This document shows, one piece after another, positions 27,501 through 36,732 of a DNA stretch of 45,692 nucleotides. The number at the start of each line of letters is the position of its first letter. Within the stretch, counting starts at the first letter, position 1. The notes beneath the pieces were generated by a model, which was given only the letters and a program-made list of their open reading frames with translations, was not told the DNA's origin and made no database searches. Where the stretch lies: positions 1 to 45,692 of the forward strand of contig JAZNOK010000015.1 of assembly GCA_045580775.1 (NCBI GenBank), given 5' to 3'. This DNA comes from Eubacteriales bacterium (GTDB lineage Bacteria; Bacillota; Clostridia; Oscillospirales; CAG-272). The translations under genes were made by a program, and so were the position numbers.

Positions 27501-28906
27501 CCTTCACCGGTAACAGAGGAAATCTGACCGAAACAGTTATTGTTAATAACAACAGTTGAACCAAGTTCAATATTAAGTGCGATTCCGGAAAAACCGGATG
27601 TTCCCGCACGGGTAAATCCAACTTCATCAAAAACTACAGTAGAACCGTTTTTGAAGTTCATAACAGGTGCTTTGCTGTTACGCGAAAGAATATTTACCTT
27701 TTCAAATACGAGATCCTGGTCAAATGTGAGTGTCTTCTCACCGGGCCAAAGAACTGCACCGAACTGATCAGCTACGTTACCGTCCTTATCCTTGTCTCTG
27801 AAGTCGGTACCGTCGGGAAGAACAGCGGTGAATTTTGTTGTGCCGCCAAGTGCAAAGGTGTAGTCACCTCCTACATAACCCTTACCTACTACGTAAACGG
27901 TACCACCGTTGTTGATTACTCCGTCAATTCCGCCACCACTCTGTACGGGAGAGTCAAGAGAAGAACCGTCACCTGTAGAACCGTTTGCCCAATAACCTAC
28001 TGTGTCGGAAGTAACCTCGGGACGAACAACCGAATATACGCCGTCATCATTTCCGCAGGAAGAGCAAATATTCTTGTATGTATGGTTAATAAGTGTGGGA
28101 ACATACTTATGACCTACGATATCACATACAGGATTACCGTCCAGATCATAAAGCTCGCCCTGGAATGCTGAAAACTGAGATGCACTAATTCCATTACCAA
28201 CGAGGTTCTTGTCTATAAAAATCTTACCCGCACCGTTGTAGGAAAAAGCTCCGGCTGCCTTAACGATAAGAGTAGATCCCTCGTCAACAGTAAGCTTGGT
28301 GTTAGCAACAGCATCAGAAGAAGTAAGGAACTGAACATCTTCTCCGATGACCATTGTTGAATTGCTGGATATGCGGATGTTTGCAACGTTAGCATCCTTT
28401 GTACATGCTCTCTGAAGAATTACAACTTCATCAAAGATAACGTCACTGTTGAACGTTACAGTCATCAAAGCTGCAATCATAAACATCCCCTTCTGATTTG
28501 TACCTGCTACATCAGGATTCGCGGGGTCAAAATACAGAGTACCGTCTGTATCTCTTGCCGTAATCAAAACGGGACCGAGTCTAGCGGAAAGAGAAAGGTT
28601 ACCGCTGATAAATCCCTTTGCCGGGATGACGAGTGTACCGCCCTCATCATGGAGCAAAGTCCATGCAGGGGTAATCGTCTTCTTCATAGTAGCAGCAGAC
28701 AAACCATCATTTGAGTCTGAACCTGCATACGAGAAATAGGACACTGTCGTGCCTTGGACTGTCGGTTCCGTATAAGCGGACTCTTCGGTCACAGTAGAGT
28801 CAGTTGCGTCCTCTGCAAAAATGCCGATAGAGGCAAATGATGCGAGGGGCAATGACATAATTACCGCGAGGAAGAGAGCCAGAACCTTAGATATTTTTTT
28901 GTTCAT
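24560..28906 (-). CDS. Secreted multidomain SGNH/GDSL hydrolase with four repeated beta-rich modules and a C-terminal dockerin
   Basis: Signal peptide; SGNH blocks RIAFVGDSITQG, NFGVGA, LGTND and DKLHP; duplicated Ca-loop GDIDEDGVVANSD / GDYNADAKVNNRD. RBS AGGAGGG precedes ATG 28906. Confidence 0.8.
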   Translation of the reverse strand: MNKKISKVLALFLAVIMSLPLASFASIGIFAEDATDSTVTEESAYTEPTVQGTTVSYFSYAGSDSNDGLSAATMKKTITPAWTLLHDEGGTLVIPAKGFISGNLSLSARLGPVLITARDTDGTLYFDPANPDVAGTNQKGMFMIAALMTVTFNSDVIFDEVVILQRACTKDANVANIRISSNSTMVIGEDVQFLTSSDAVANTKLTVDEGSTLIVKAAGAFSYNGAGKIFIDKNLVGNGISASQFSAFQGELYDLDGNPVCDIVGHKYVPTLINHTYKNICSSCGNDDGVYSVVRPEVTSDTVGYWANGSTGDGSSLDSPVQSGGGIDGVINNGGTVYVVGKGYVGGDYTFALGGTTKFTAVLPDGTDFRDKDKDGNVADQFGAVLWPGEKTLTFDQDLVFEKVNILSRNSKAPVMNFKNGSTVVFDEVGFTRAGTSGFSGIALNIELGSTVVINNNCFGQISSVTGEGTLIIGMNCVNAGLVTGKGVENFTGLIMTTESKEVCAYTGSHSYIDGVCEICGTEQGSTTTKIYVAKNASGDGLTPDNPTNSIRRGFEYASADPIEIILVDDVEITSGIACQAQSQDVTITSIDLDGDGVYPKLIIKSYINFYNEGSGNTIKFENIEIQSDRTGTVSFFMNYNNLVIGDNVTCTLSGNYTTAETGIGYYPSIFAGYLESAGENTVEAKSNDRDCTITVESGTWRMILGGNRRNSSDYALANNSGDVTINVSGGTIIGNENNGVAIAGTGENFYSGNVNINITGGNIQKDIYGVYDLGMYGGTTPYGAYGLKGDIAIDITGGNIAGNIYAKADNIRIPALVRGAVDVNIGADVQFEDIITVDLRGTVAYSGQNKVSSVNCDDSVSDYINTKFVDVVNGSETNDGEPQRIAFVGDSITQGTGSGDYKLYSYPAQLQAMLNTDTYMVGNFGVGASGVLPSTRYYYNDTVQYHLLMEEFEPTIVSFALGTNDSLSAGGVYGVAKDFENRYYNMIKGVADLDSVSKVYVATPLLRLDSPARQARNASIVEPAVRNIVATLKAENYDATVFELNANTYEAVLGETVLGTDKLHPTADGYSVMAQAFYDAIFNGTVDVPDGYYVDTFYVSDNGTATGAGTAEDPSTRYEVGLARLNKNGGTLVILDSYTIESDIVTPVDMNNITIKGETTEATLTWKGNTLKLGSDAVIDQLKVITTANAPYIVAWYNDVTIGENFINEKTGTNDLGFVAGYFVYETMSETVADTSTTYDTVESASSSNDVKVVIKNGTFGAILLGNRRLSEKAPIGLYSGNMTVELLGGTLTGVCESTVASAVLGMNNLSGNVSLTIDGMNIASTIYMVSRTATLVGVVYDSTLNTGSISLTAAASVIDAHVVDNQRPDAEDTQHAEIENLTINNTTAAGDIDEDGVVANSDITLVIRYLSGFEVAGARLSGDYNADAKVNNRDAIALIQKLAVAQ

Positions 28907-29189
28907 ACTTATTCCCTCCTGAATAATAAATATCATTGGTTAAATTGTACCACATTTTACATTTGAAAGTCAAGTTTATTAGTATAATTTATAGAAAAAC
29001 GAAAAAATTGGTTTGGTTTTACCAAGAGAAAATATGTTTTTTTGTGCAAAATCATCACAACCACAGATTGTTTCGATAGAATTCGTTGTAAATTTTACAG
29101 CTTTTTTTGTATTAATTCTGTTTCGTTTTAGTAGAGGATTACATAAAATGCACATTTTTTACTGCCAAAAGCGAAGAAACGTTTTTATA

Positions 29190-30542
29190 TCAAAACATTT
29201 TTTCGAGATGTTCTTTCGCCCTTTTCATCAACACGTCTCGATTATTGTCTAGAACGCCGTCAATAACTTCACTCAACAAACGCCTCAGGATCTCCCCTAT
29301 ACATTTCCCCTCATCCACGCCCAAAGAAATAATATCATTTCCGTCGATCATTAGATCAGTGATTTTTAGGCACTCTCCTCTTTCTATAATATCTTTGGCT
29401 ATACATTCTATCTCGTCATACATTTTCAATCGATATTTGACGCTTTCATCCTGGGCTTTACAGTCTGCACGCTCCAGCTCCAAAAGATCAAAGAACATAT
29501 CTGCTCCCAACCTCGATATTCGTTTCTTCAGTTCCTTTTCCTCTTTTGGAAGAGGTGTGTCGTGATTCTTGACCAGAAGCAGAACTTTGTTTTTAGTGTC
29601 ATTATCCACTTTCATTTCAGACAAAAAACGGGATGCTATCTCGTAGCTTTTCTTTGCATGTCCGTAAAAATGGCCTTGACCGTCTTTTCCAACAGTATAG
29701 CATTGAGGTTTACCTATATCATGAAGCAGAGCTGCCAAACGAAGATAATGAACAGGTGGAATGTTATCGACAACAAAACGTATATGATCAAGAACGTCAT
29801 AGCAGTGGTGTTTGTTATTCTGATCAAAACCACAGCACTCTGATAGTTCAGGGAGCACAACTGCAAGTATCAGATAATTTTCACGAATTATTTTTCCTGC
29901 GTTTTTTCCGCACAGCACCCCGCACAGCTCATTGTATATACGTTCAGAAGAAATATCTCTTAGGTCTTGTTTGCATTCTCGCATAGCAAATGCAGTCACA
30001 TCATCAATATCAAATCCGAGTTTTGATGCGAATCGCAGTGCACGCATGATCCTCAGTGCATCTTCTGAAAAACGCTCTGATGCGTTACCGACACAACGAA
30101 TGATACCACGGTCAATATCCTCCTGACCTCCGAAAGGATCTATGAGCTTTCTTTCCTTATAAGAATAAGCCATTGAATTGACAGTGAAATCACGTCTTTT
30201 AAGATCTTGCTCAATATCTGTAACAAATCTGATCTCACTGGGGTGACGTTTGTCGCTGTATCCTTGTTCGCTTCTCATTGTAGTGATCTCAAATTCTCTT
30301 CCGTTATATAATAATGTTACTGTGCCATGCTTTATTCCGGTTTTTATAACCTTATATCCTAAGCAGGAAAATATCCCGGCTACTTTGTCAGGGTGGGCAG
30401 CAGTCGTAATATCTATATCGTGTGGGATAAATCCCATTATAGCATCCCTTACGCATCCTCCTACAGGATAAGATACAAATCCTGCTGCATCCAGTATATC
30501 ACATATCTCTTTTGCATCTGCATCTGCTATCAGATCAATCAT
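29190..30542 (-). CDS. cca: tRNA nucleotidyltransferase (class II CCA-adding enzyme) with HD domain
   Basis: VGGCVRD, DIDI, EITT, DLKRRDFTVN, EDALR, ERI and LLHDIGKP. Confidence 0.9.
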   Translation of the reverse strand: MIDLIADADAKEICDILDAAGFVSYPVGGCVRDAIMGFIPHDIDITTAAHPDKVAGIFSCLGYKVIKTGIKHGTVTLLYNGREFEITTMRSEQGYSDKRHPSEIRFVTDIEQDLKRRDFTVNSMAYSYKERKLIDPFGGQEDIDRGIIRCVGNASERFSEDALRIMRALRFASKLGFDIDDVTAFAMRECKQDLRDISSERIYNELCGVLCGKNAGKIIRENYLILAVVLPELSECCGFDQNNKHHCYDVLDHIRFVVDNIPPVHYLRLAALLHDIGKPQCYTVGKDGQGHFYGHAKKSYEIASRFLSEMKVDNDTKNKVLLLVKNHDTPLPKEEKELKKRISRLGADMFFDLLELERADCKAQDESVKYRLKMYDEIECIAKDIIERGECLKITDLMIDGNDIISLGVDEGKCIGEILRRLLSEVIDGVLDNNRDVLMKRAKEHLEKMF

Positions 30543-30559
30543 ATCTTATCCTCTTTCTA

Positions 30560-30592
30560 AAAGAAGAGACTGAAAAAAACAGTCTCTTCTTT
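30560..30592. terminator. Intrinsic terminator-like hairpin between the SpoIID-domain gene and cca
   Basis: Perfect 13-bp inverted repeat AAAGAAGAGACTG / CAGTCTCTTCTTT. Confidence 0.7.
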
Positions 30593-30603
30593 GTTTATGT
30601 AAA

Positions 30604-32643
30604 TCAATAATGAGAAATTGTAACTCCCTCGAAATATGTTTTGATAATCGAAGTACCTGCCATTCCTGCATTAGCCAGATCCAAAACTCCGTACTGACTC
30701 ATTCCGACGCCGTGTCCCCATCCTTTTCCTGCAAAAACAAAATTTTCAGCATTAGATGCAGTTACAGTCTTTGATATAGGAGTGAGATCTACCGTAACGC
30801 CGGTCTCTCCGTTGTAAATAGGCGGATTTGATGGTTCTGAGGCAGTGTTATAAATATTATCAATGTCTATTCCGCGATTAAAAAGATCTCTGTAATTTTG
30901 AGCTGTAAGAACATTTGCCTTCTCTACTGTCACAGATTTTCGTCCCACATGAGTCAGCATTGATAAATATGAATCTCCCGTGGGTAGTTGGCCATTAGCG
31001 GTCATTACATTATAATCGCTGATATTGAATTTGTTAAAATACCCCGGATACTGCTCAACAAATCCCAGAGAATCGTCGCCTTTAAACACATTCACGCTTC
31101 GAATGACATTATAATTGCATTCGACACTTCCCTTTCCCACTACAAAATTAGCACTGTAAACAAAGTCATATAGTGCACTTTTCACCTTGCTTGCCGTATT
31201 GCCTACTGTAGCCTGATTTCCCGCTGTATCAACAAACGTGATTGAAGTTACATATCCGCTCTCACCGGCAGTGGAATTAACGGTAACAGACGCAATAGGA
31301 GAGCTGAGATTAGCACATGATGACACCTCACGTAAAGAAGCGGCAAGTTCGGTCGGGGATACCTCAACCTCCCACAGTCCGTTTCCTCTGTCGACATAGT
31401 TCTCCCAGGGGGTCGCTTTGGTAGCGAGATACGGAATCGGAGCAGATCCCCAAACATAGTTATTTCCTACGACATATCCTCCTGTAGAGCTTGAATAATA
31501 AAGGCTGGCAAGCGTCCCTCCCCAGAAAGCTACAAGTCCTTTTGTTTCATTGCAGGCAGTTATGACTTTATCTGTGACACGCGAGTATCCGCCGTAGACC
31601 TGGTCTGTTGCATCATCATACACGTCTACATTGTGCGACGAAAAGTGAGAGCACTTATGTCTGAGTGCATACGAACGAACAACTATCGAAAAAGCCGTTA
31701 TTGCGTTGTAATTCCAAGAAGCTCCGATCTCAAACGGTACAACACAGCATACGTATTCCTCGAAATCAACAAGGCTCGTTACCTGAACGCCTCCATCAGC
31801 TCTTTTATAGCATAAGGTTCCACCGTACAGCCTCGAATCATAGGTCTTTAGATATCCTGTTGTAGCAGATATTCCAAGCTGAGAAAAACAGTCAAACTCA
31901 AAAAGCACCTTATTAAGGTTAGGATCAATAATACTGACAGCACTTGCAGAAGGCTCAGCCAAACCAACATTATATTTTTCTGTAAGTTTACCAAGGGAAG
32001 CAAGTGCGTTATTTGCATTATCTGCCGTAGAAAAATCGCCGACTCGAACGACATATCTGTTGTCTATATAGCAAGGTATAGCATTGTAGGAACTGCCAGA
32101 TATCAAAGTCTCCACATCCGCAATAACCTCACGAAGACGGTCTTCCGAAGGTATATCAAGCTTTTGCGGAACCTTTTGTCCGGATGAATCAACATACATT
32201 TCTTTTATTTCGAGATGATACCCGCCTATGGCAGCACTGTTACCGTCGTAGTTTGTATATGTATCAGAATGTTTTGACAGATTCGCGTCATTGACAACAT
32301 ATACATAGTTGTGAGGGAGCGAGTAAATTCTATTCACATAGCGTTCGTCTCTGCCGATAGTTGCCGAATTTACAACGAAACCGTTGGTTGTTGAAACTTC
32401 AAAACCAACGGCTACTTCGTTTTTACCGCATTCAAGTCCTACGGCTATTAGATTGCTCGGAAACGCATAACCCGAGTCAGCTGCGACATTCCAGCTGGAT
32501 CCAAAGACATAAGCCAGAACCGAAACGCAAGAAAGGATCATGAGTGCTGCCAAGAAAAAGCATACCAAACGAACAAACTTCTGCTGTTTTGTCTGTTTTG
32601 TGTTCTTCTTGACATTATCCGTATTCTGATTCTTACTCGACAA
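30604..32643 (-). CDS. SpoIID/LytB-domain lytic transglycosylase-like protein with N-terminal TM/signal and a SPOR-like segment
   Basis: EEYVCCVVPFEIGASW, DQVYGG, YYSSSTGG, VWG...PYL and GWGHGVGMSQYG. YVVRVGDFSTADNANNAL resembles a SPOR domain. Confidence 0.85.
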   Translation of the reverse strand: MSSKNQNTDNVKKNTKQTKQQKFVRLVCFFLAALMILSCVSVLAYVFGSSWNVAADSGYAFPSNLIAVGLECGKNEVAVGFEVSTTNGFVVNSATIGRDERYVNRIYSLPHNYVYVVNDANLSKHSDTYTNYDGNSAAIGGYHLEIKEMYVDSSGQKVPQKLDIPSEDRLREVIADVETLISGSSYNAIPCYIDNRYVVRVGDFSTADNANNALASLGKLTEKYNVGLAEPSASAVSIIDPNLNKVLFEFDCFSQLGISATTGYLKTYDSRLYGGTLCYKRADGGVQVTSLVDFEEYVCCVVPFEIGASWNYNAITAFSIVVRSYALRHKCSHFSSHNVDVYDDATDQVYGGYSRVTDKVITACNETKGLVAFWGGTLASLYYSSSTGGYVVGNNYVWGSAPIPYLATKATPWENYVDRGNGLWEVEVSPTELAASLREVSSCANLSSPIASVTVNSTAGESGYVTSITFVDTAGNQATVGNTASKVKSALYDFVYSANFVVGKGSVECNYNVIRSVNVFKGDDSLGFVEQYPGYFNKFNISDYNVMTANGQLPTGDSYLSMLTHVGRKSVTVEKANVLTAQNYRDLFNRGIDIDNIYNTASEPSNPPIYNGETGVTVDLTPISKTVTASNAENFVFAGKGWGHGVGMSQYGVLDLANAGMAGTSIIKTYFEGVTISHY

Positions 32644-33262
32644 TGTAATACTCTCCTCTCACCAAAATATATGCATCCTCGCTCGTCACAAGAATACCAC
32701 GTCCGTCTCCTCCGCTAGGTACGACAAGCATGTGATTTTTCTCGATAGCCGAACCGTCAGTAACATCGGTTCCTGATGTAATATCAGCTATTCCCATAAC
32801 ATATTCACTGCCGTTATCGTAAGAAAAAGGAGAGATGACCTCAGCCTCGCCGGTACGAAGAATTATCTCAAAGGAGTGCTTTTGTGAAAACAGCTTCTGT
32901 CCGTATTTCATATAAACAATGTTGTACGCTGCAGAAAGAGGCTTGTTTTCCTCATCCTCGAGAGCTTCGAGAATGGAAGAGACCGATGCCTGAATTTTGG
33001 CCATCTGTTTTTCAAGCGATGAAACTCTGTTAGCAACAGACTGAAGCTCACTCTTTGAAGCTTTTTCACTGTTGGCTTCAGCTATTGCTTTTGCCTCGTG
33101 GATCTGTGCCTCGAGGTCAGGGATCACTACTTCCCTGATATAACTAAGAGAAACGAGAGGGTCAACGGAGCTGTCAAAGCTGTCTGAAGTCGCAAAAATG
33201 GCAGTACTGCCAAGCAGTATGCATAAAAGAACAGGGACAACTATCTTTTTAAGTCGGCTCAT
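32633..33262 (-). CDS. Exported hypothetical protein with coiled coil, overlapping the SpoIID/LytB gene
   Basis: RBS GGAGGT; signal peptide; DPLVSLSY, heptad region, EIILRTG, DITSG, NHMLVVP, DGRG and ILVRGEY. Overlaps the next gene by 11 nt. Confidence 0.7.
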   Translation of the reverse strand: MSRLKKIVVPVLLCILLGSTAIFATSDSFDSSVDPLVSLSYIREVVIPDLEAQIHEAKAIAEANSEKASKSELQSVANRVSSLEKQMAKIQASVSSILEALEDEENKPLSAAYNIVYMKYGQKLFSQKHSFEIILRTGEAEVISPFSYDNGSEYVMGIADITSGTDVTDGSAIEKNHMLVVPSGGDGRGILVTSEDAYILVRGEYYIVE

Positions 33263-33378
33263 GTTTTACCTCCGTTTCACATTCTTTTGACATTGTACCA
33301 CAAAATAATCAGCAAGTAAAGTATTTTTGCAAATTTAATACTATTTTCACTCTCTATAGACAAAATGACATCAAAAAA

Positions 33379-35604
33379 CTACTTCAATAGTTTTTTATCC
33401 TTTGCAGTAAGTGCGACTCCGAGAGCCGGTACCTTGATCTTTTTGTAGCTTTCCTCCGAGCCGAAATCCTCATCAAGATCTGCGTATGCAGCGACCAGTC
33501 TTTGTTTTGCCTTAAGTGTAAAGAGCTGAACTCCCATACTCGTCCTTGTTGACTTCTCGGGAATAAGCTTGGTATTTATCATTATAGCTCTGTCAGCATC
33601 TGATACAAGAAGAATATTCGCACTTTCTTTCTGATAAAATGCCCCTATAAGGGCCGATGCATCAGAATATGCACCTGTGAGCTTCTTTCTTGCACTCTTG
33701 GTTTTGTACGCTGACATGGGAACACGGACACCTTTTCCGTTTTCAAAGATAAATACCATCTTATCGTCATCGGAGATATCCTTGTTTACTATCATAAGAA
33801 CGGGTCTCTCGCCCTCATCCATTTTCAGTTTTGCCGCTACAAAATCACCGAGTGCAGATGCCTTGCATGTATCAAAATCAGACACTTTCGTGTTATAAAG
33901 CTGACATTGATTTGTGAAAAATATAAGCTCGGTCAGATTGTCTGCATCTACCATGCTCACGATCTTATCTCCGTCCTTGAGCATCTGAATATCACTTCCT
34001 CTAAGCGAGGCAAGAGTGATCTTTTTGAAGTATCCATCCTTTGTGAAAACAAGCTTAACGTTATAGTTCTCAACAAATGATACGGGCTCTGTATCCGTGA
34101 TATCCTCAGCATAGATAATATTTGTTTTTCTGGGTTTGGCATATTTTTTCTTAATATCCTTGAGCTGATCTATAATACATGCCTTGATCTTTAGCTCATC
34201 CGAAAGAATATCCTCTAAGCGTGCAATCTCTGCCTGAAGATCGGTAATTTCTTTAAGTCTGTTAAGAATATATTCCTGATTGAGGTGACGCAGTTTTATC
34301 TCTGCGATATACTCAGCCTGAATTTCATCGATTGAAAAAGCCTTCATTAGATTAGGCACTACCATTGCTTCTTCAGCAGTTCCTCTCACAATAGCAATCG
34401 CTTTGTCTATATCAAGCAGTATTTTACCTAATCCAAGCAAAAGATGGAGTTTGTCCTTCTTCTTTTGAAGATCAAAGGTCATCTCACGGCAAAAGCAGTT
34501 CATCCTGAAACGAATCCATTCACGAAGAATCTCGCAAATACCCATCTGTCTGGGGGATCCGTCTATAAGGATATTAAAATTGCAGTCAAAGCTGTCTTCA
34601 AGCGGGGTGAGCTTATACAGCTTTGCCATAAATTTATCAGGATCAACGCCTTTTCTGAGGTCTAACGTGAGCTTGAAACCATTCAAGTCTATTTCGTCAC
34701 GGAAGTCTGATATCTCCTTGAGCTTATTCTCCTTGACAAGATCCGTGAGCTTTTTCATGATCGCCTCAATAGAAGTCGAATAGGGTATCTCCACTATTTC
34801 TATGCAATTTTCAGCCTTATCGTATACGTATCTGGCACGAAGCTTTACTGCACCTCTGCCTGTTTCGTAGACCTCACGCATTTTCTCTCTATCGTAAACC
34901 ACAAATGCACCGCCAGAAAAATCAGGAGCCGGTATTATATCGAGCATTTTTTCTGTAGTTGTCTTAGGGTTTCTGAGAATAGCGATAGTCGCATCGCAGA
35001 TCTCTCCGAGATTAAATGAGCATATAGAGCTTGCCATTCCTACAGCTATACCTGTATTCGGAGAAACCAGAACATTCGGAAATGTAGTAGGTAAAAGCAC
35101 AGGCTCCGTCATCTGATTGTCATAGTTAGGAACAAGATCTACCGCATCCTTGTCTATTCCCTTGAAAAGTTCAGTACAAAAACTGTCAAGCTTGACCTCT
35201 GTATATCTGGATGCAGCATAAGCCATGTCACGGCTGTACTGTTTTCCGAATGTACCCTTTGAATCTATAAAAGGATGCAAAAGTGCCTCATTGCCTCTTG
35301 TGAGTCGAACCATTGTCTCATATATCGCTGCATCTCCGTGAGGATTGAGCTTCATGGTTTGTCCTACGACATTTGTGCTCTTGGTCCTAGCCCCCGTAAG
35401 AAGACCCATTTTATACATCATGTACAGCAGCTTTCTTTGCGATGGTTTAAATCCATCTATCTCAGGAATCGCTCTCGAGACGATAACGCTCATGACGTAA
35501 GGCATATAGTTTTTTTCTATTGTTTCTGTAATAGGCTGAGGTACAGCAGGCTTATGAGGTGCCATTTCCCTCTTGTTCGCATCTTTCTTTTTTGCTTTTG
35601 CCAT
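33379..35604 (-). CDS. parC: Type IIA topoisomerase A subunit (ParC/GyrA family, ParC-like)
   Basis: RAIPEIDGFKP, PHGD, catalytic AASRYTE and GIAVGMA. Short C-terminal domain with no QRRGGKG GyrA-box. The parC versus gyrA choice is inferred. Confidence 0.8.
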   Translation of the reverse strand: MAKAKKKDANKREMAPHKPAVPQPITETIEKNYMPYVMSVIVSRAIPEIDGFKPSQRKLLYMMYKMGLLTGARTKSTNVVGQTMKLNPHGDAAIYETMVRLTRGNEALLHPFIDSKGTFGKQYSRDMAYAASRYTEVKLDSFCTELFKGIDKDAVDLVPNYDNQMTEPVLLPTTFPNVLVSPNTGIAVGMASSICSFNLGEICDATIAILRNPKTTTEKMLDIIPAPDFSGGAFVVYDREKMREVYETGRGAVKLRARYVYDKAENCIEIVEIPYSTSIEAIMKKLTDLVKENKLKEISDFRDEIDLNGFKLTLDLRKGVDPDKFMAKLYKLTPLEDSFDCNFNILIDGSPRQMGICEILREWIRFRMNCFCREMTFDLQKKKDKLHLLLGLGKILLDIDKAIAIVRGTAEEAMVVPNLMKAFSIDEIQAEYIAEIKLRHLNQEYILNRLKEITDLQAEIARLEDILSDELKIKACIIDQLKDIKKKYAKPRKTNIIYAEDITDTEPVSFVENYNVKLVFTKDGYFKKITLASLRGSDIQMLKDGDKIVSMVDADNLTELIFFTNQCQLYNTKVSDFDTCKASALGDFVAAKLKMDEGERPVLMIVNKDISDDDKMVFIFENGKGVRVPMSAYKTKSARKKLTGAYSDASALIGAFYQKESANILLVSDADRAIMINTKLIPEKSTRTSMGVQLFTLKAKQRLVAAYADLDEDFGSEESYKKIKVPALGVALTAKDKKLLK

Positions 35605-35703
35605 TTGATCTCCTCACATAAAAAAATTTGTCATATAAATACGCCGATATCTAACAAGTCACATTTTTCTGAAACCGTATAGATCGTACAACCTTTAGCT
35701 CAA

Positions 35704-36732
35704 TTATACATCTATAACTTTAAAAGCAGATGCTCTAAGCATCCTGTTCAAAAGTGCAAGACCAATGCCGCTCTGCTCAGGATAAGGTGCGTAAATAATC
35801 TTTGCACTGAGATCATCCGCACGACGCAGTGATGAAAAGAGGAGTCTTGCCGCATCGCTGTACTGATGTTCTCGTCCAAGCGAGATTACATTATCGCTCC
35901 GATCTATTATACCGTCATAACACAAAACAAAGTGCCCTTCCTTCTTTGATTGCCGGGTTAAAAAAGACACAACAGCGTCCTTTTTTCCCCTCACAAGATA
36001 CAAAGGTGCCTTGGGTGCATAGTGTGCAATAAGCATTCCCGGACTCTCTATTTTCATGCCCTGATCCGGTTTTTCTATAACACCGCGTCCAAGCTCAACG
36101 TAACCAAGAACCTCTGTCAGCATCTCGTATGTAATTCCACCGGGTCTTAGCAAAATACATTTATCATCCGTCAGCTTTATTATCGTGGATTCAAGACCTA
36201 CCTCACACTCTCCGCCGTCTATTATCATATCGACCTTTCCGTCAAGATCATGTCTGACATGTTGAGCACTTGTAGGAGAGGGCCTGCCGGAAGTATTTGC
36301 TGACGGAGCGGCTATCGGTCTTCCGCTCCGACGAATAAGCTCTCGTGCTACAGGATGAGCAGGGCATCTTATTGCAAGAGTGTCAAGTCCTGCTGATACG
36401 CAGTCGGCTACAGTTCCGATCGAGGGCATGATTACCGTTATCGGTCCCGGCATAAATGCTTCGGCTATCTTATAATAACGATCGTCCGTACGAACATAAT
36501 TCTCAGCATCCTCTATGTTCGATATATGCACGATCAAAGGATTGTTAGAAGGTCTGCCCTTTGCTTTATATATTTTGTCAGAAGCGAGTGGATTAGTTGC
36601 GTCTGCTCCAAGTCCGTATACTGTCTCCGTAGGAAATGCAACAAGTCCCCCACCGCGAATTATGTCCGCCGCCTCAGATAACTTTTCCAGCTCCGGAGCA
36701 TGCTTGTCTAGTAGCAAATACTTTGTATTCAT
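35704..36732 (-). CDS. sua5: Threonylcarbamoyl-AMP synthase (Sua5-type TsaC)
   Basis: VAFPTETVYGLGA, KGRPSNNPLIVH, AAPSANTSG, GLEST and Sua5 linker PGM..HYAP. Confidence 0.95.
   Translation of the reverse strand: MNTKYLLLDKHAPELEKLSEAADIIRGGGLVAFPTETVYGLGADATNPLASDKIYKAKGRPSNNPLIVHISNIEDAENYVRTDDRYYKIAEAFMPGPITVIMPSIGTVADCVSAGLDTLAIRCPAHPVARELIRRSGRPIAAPSANTSGRPSPTSAQHVRHDLDGKVDMIIDGGECEVGLESTIIKLTDDKCILLRPGGITYEMLTEVLGYVELGRGVIEKPDQGMKIESPGMLIAHYAPKAPLYLVRGKKDAVVSFLTRQSKKEGHFVLCYDGIIDRSDNVISLGREHQYSDAARLLFSSLRRADDLSAKIIYAPYPEQSGIGLALLNRMLRASAFKVIDV

Noticed and set aside
28937-29252. 79-aa ORF at 29013-29252 and AT-rich intergenic motifs
   Set aside because: Low-complexity AT-rich sequence with no RBS, overlapping the cca 3' end; no repeat unit I could define reliably.
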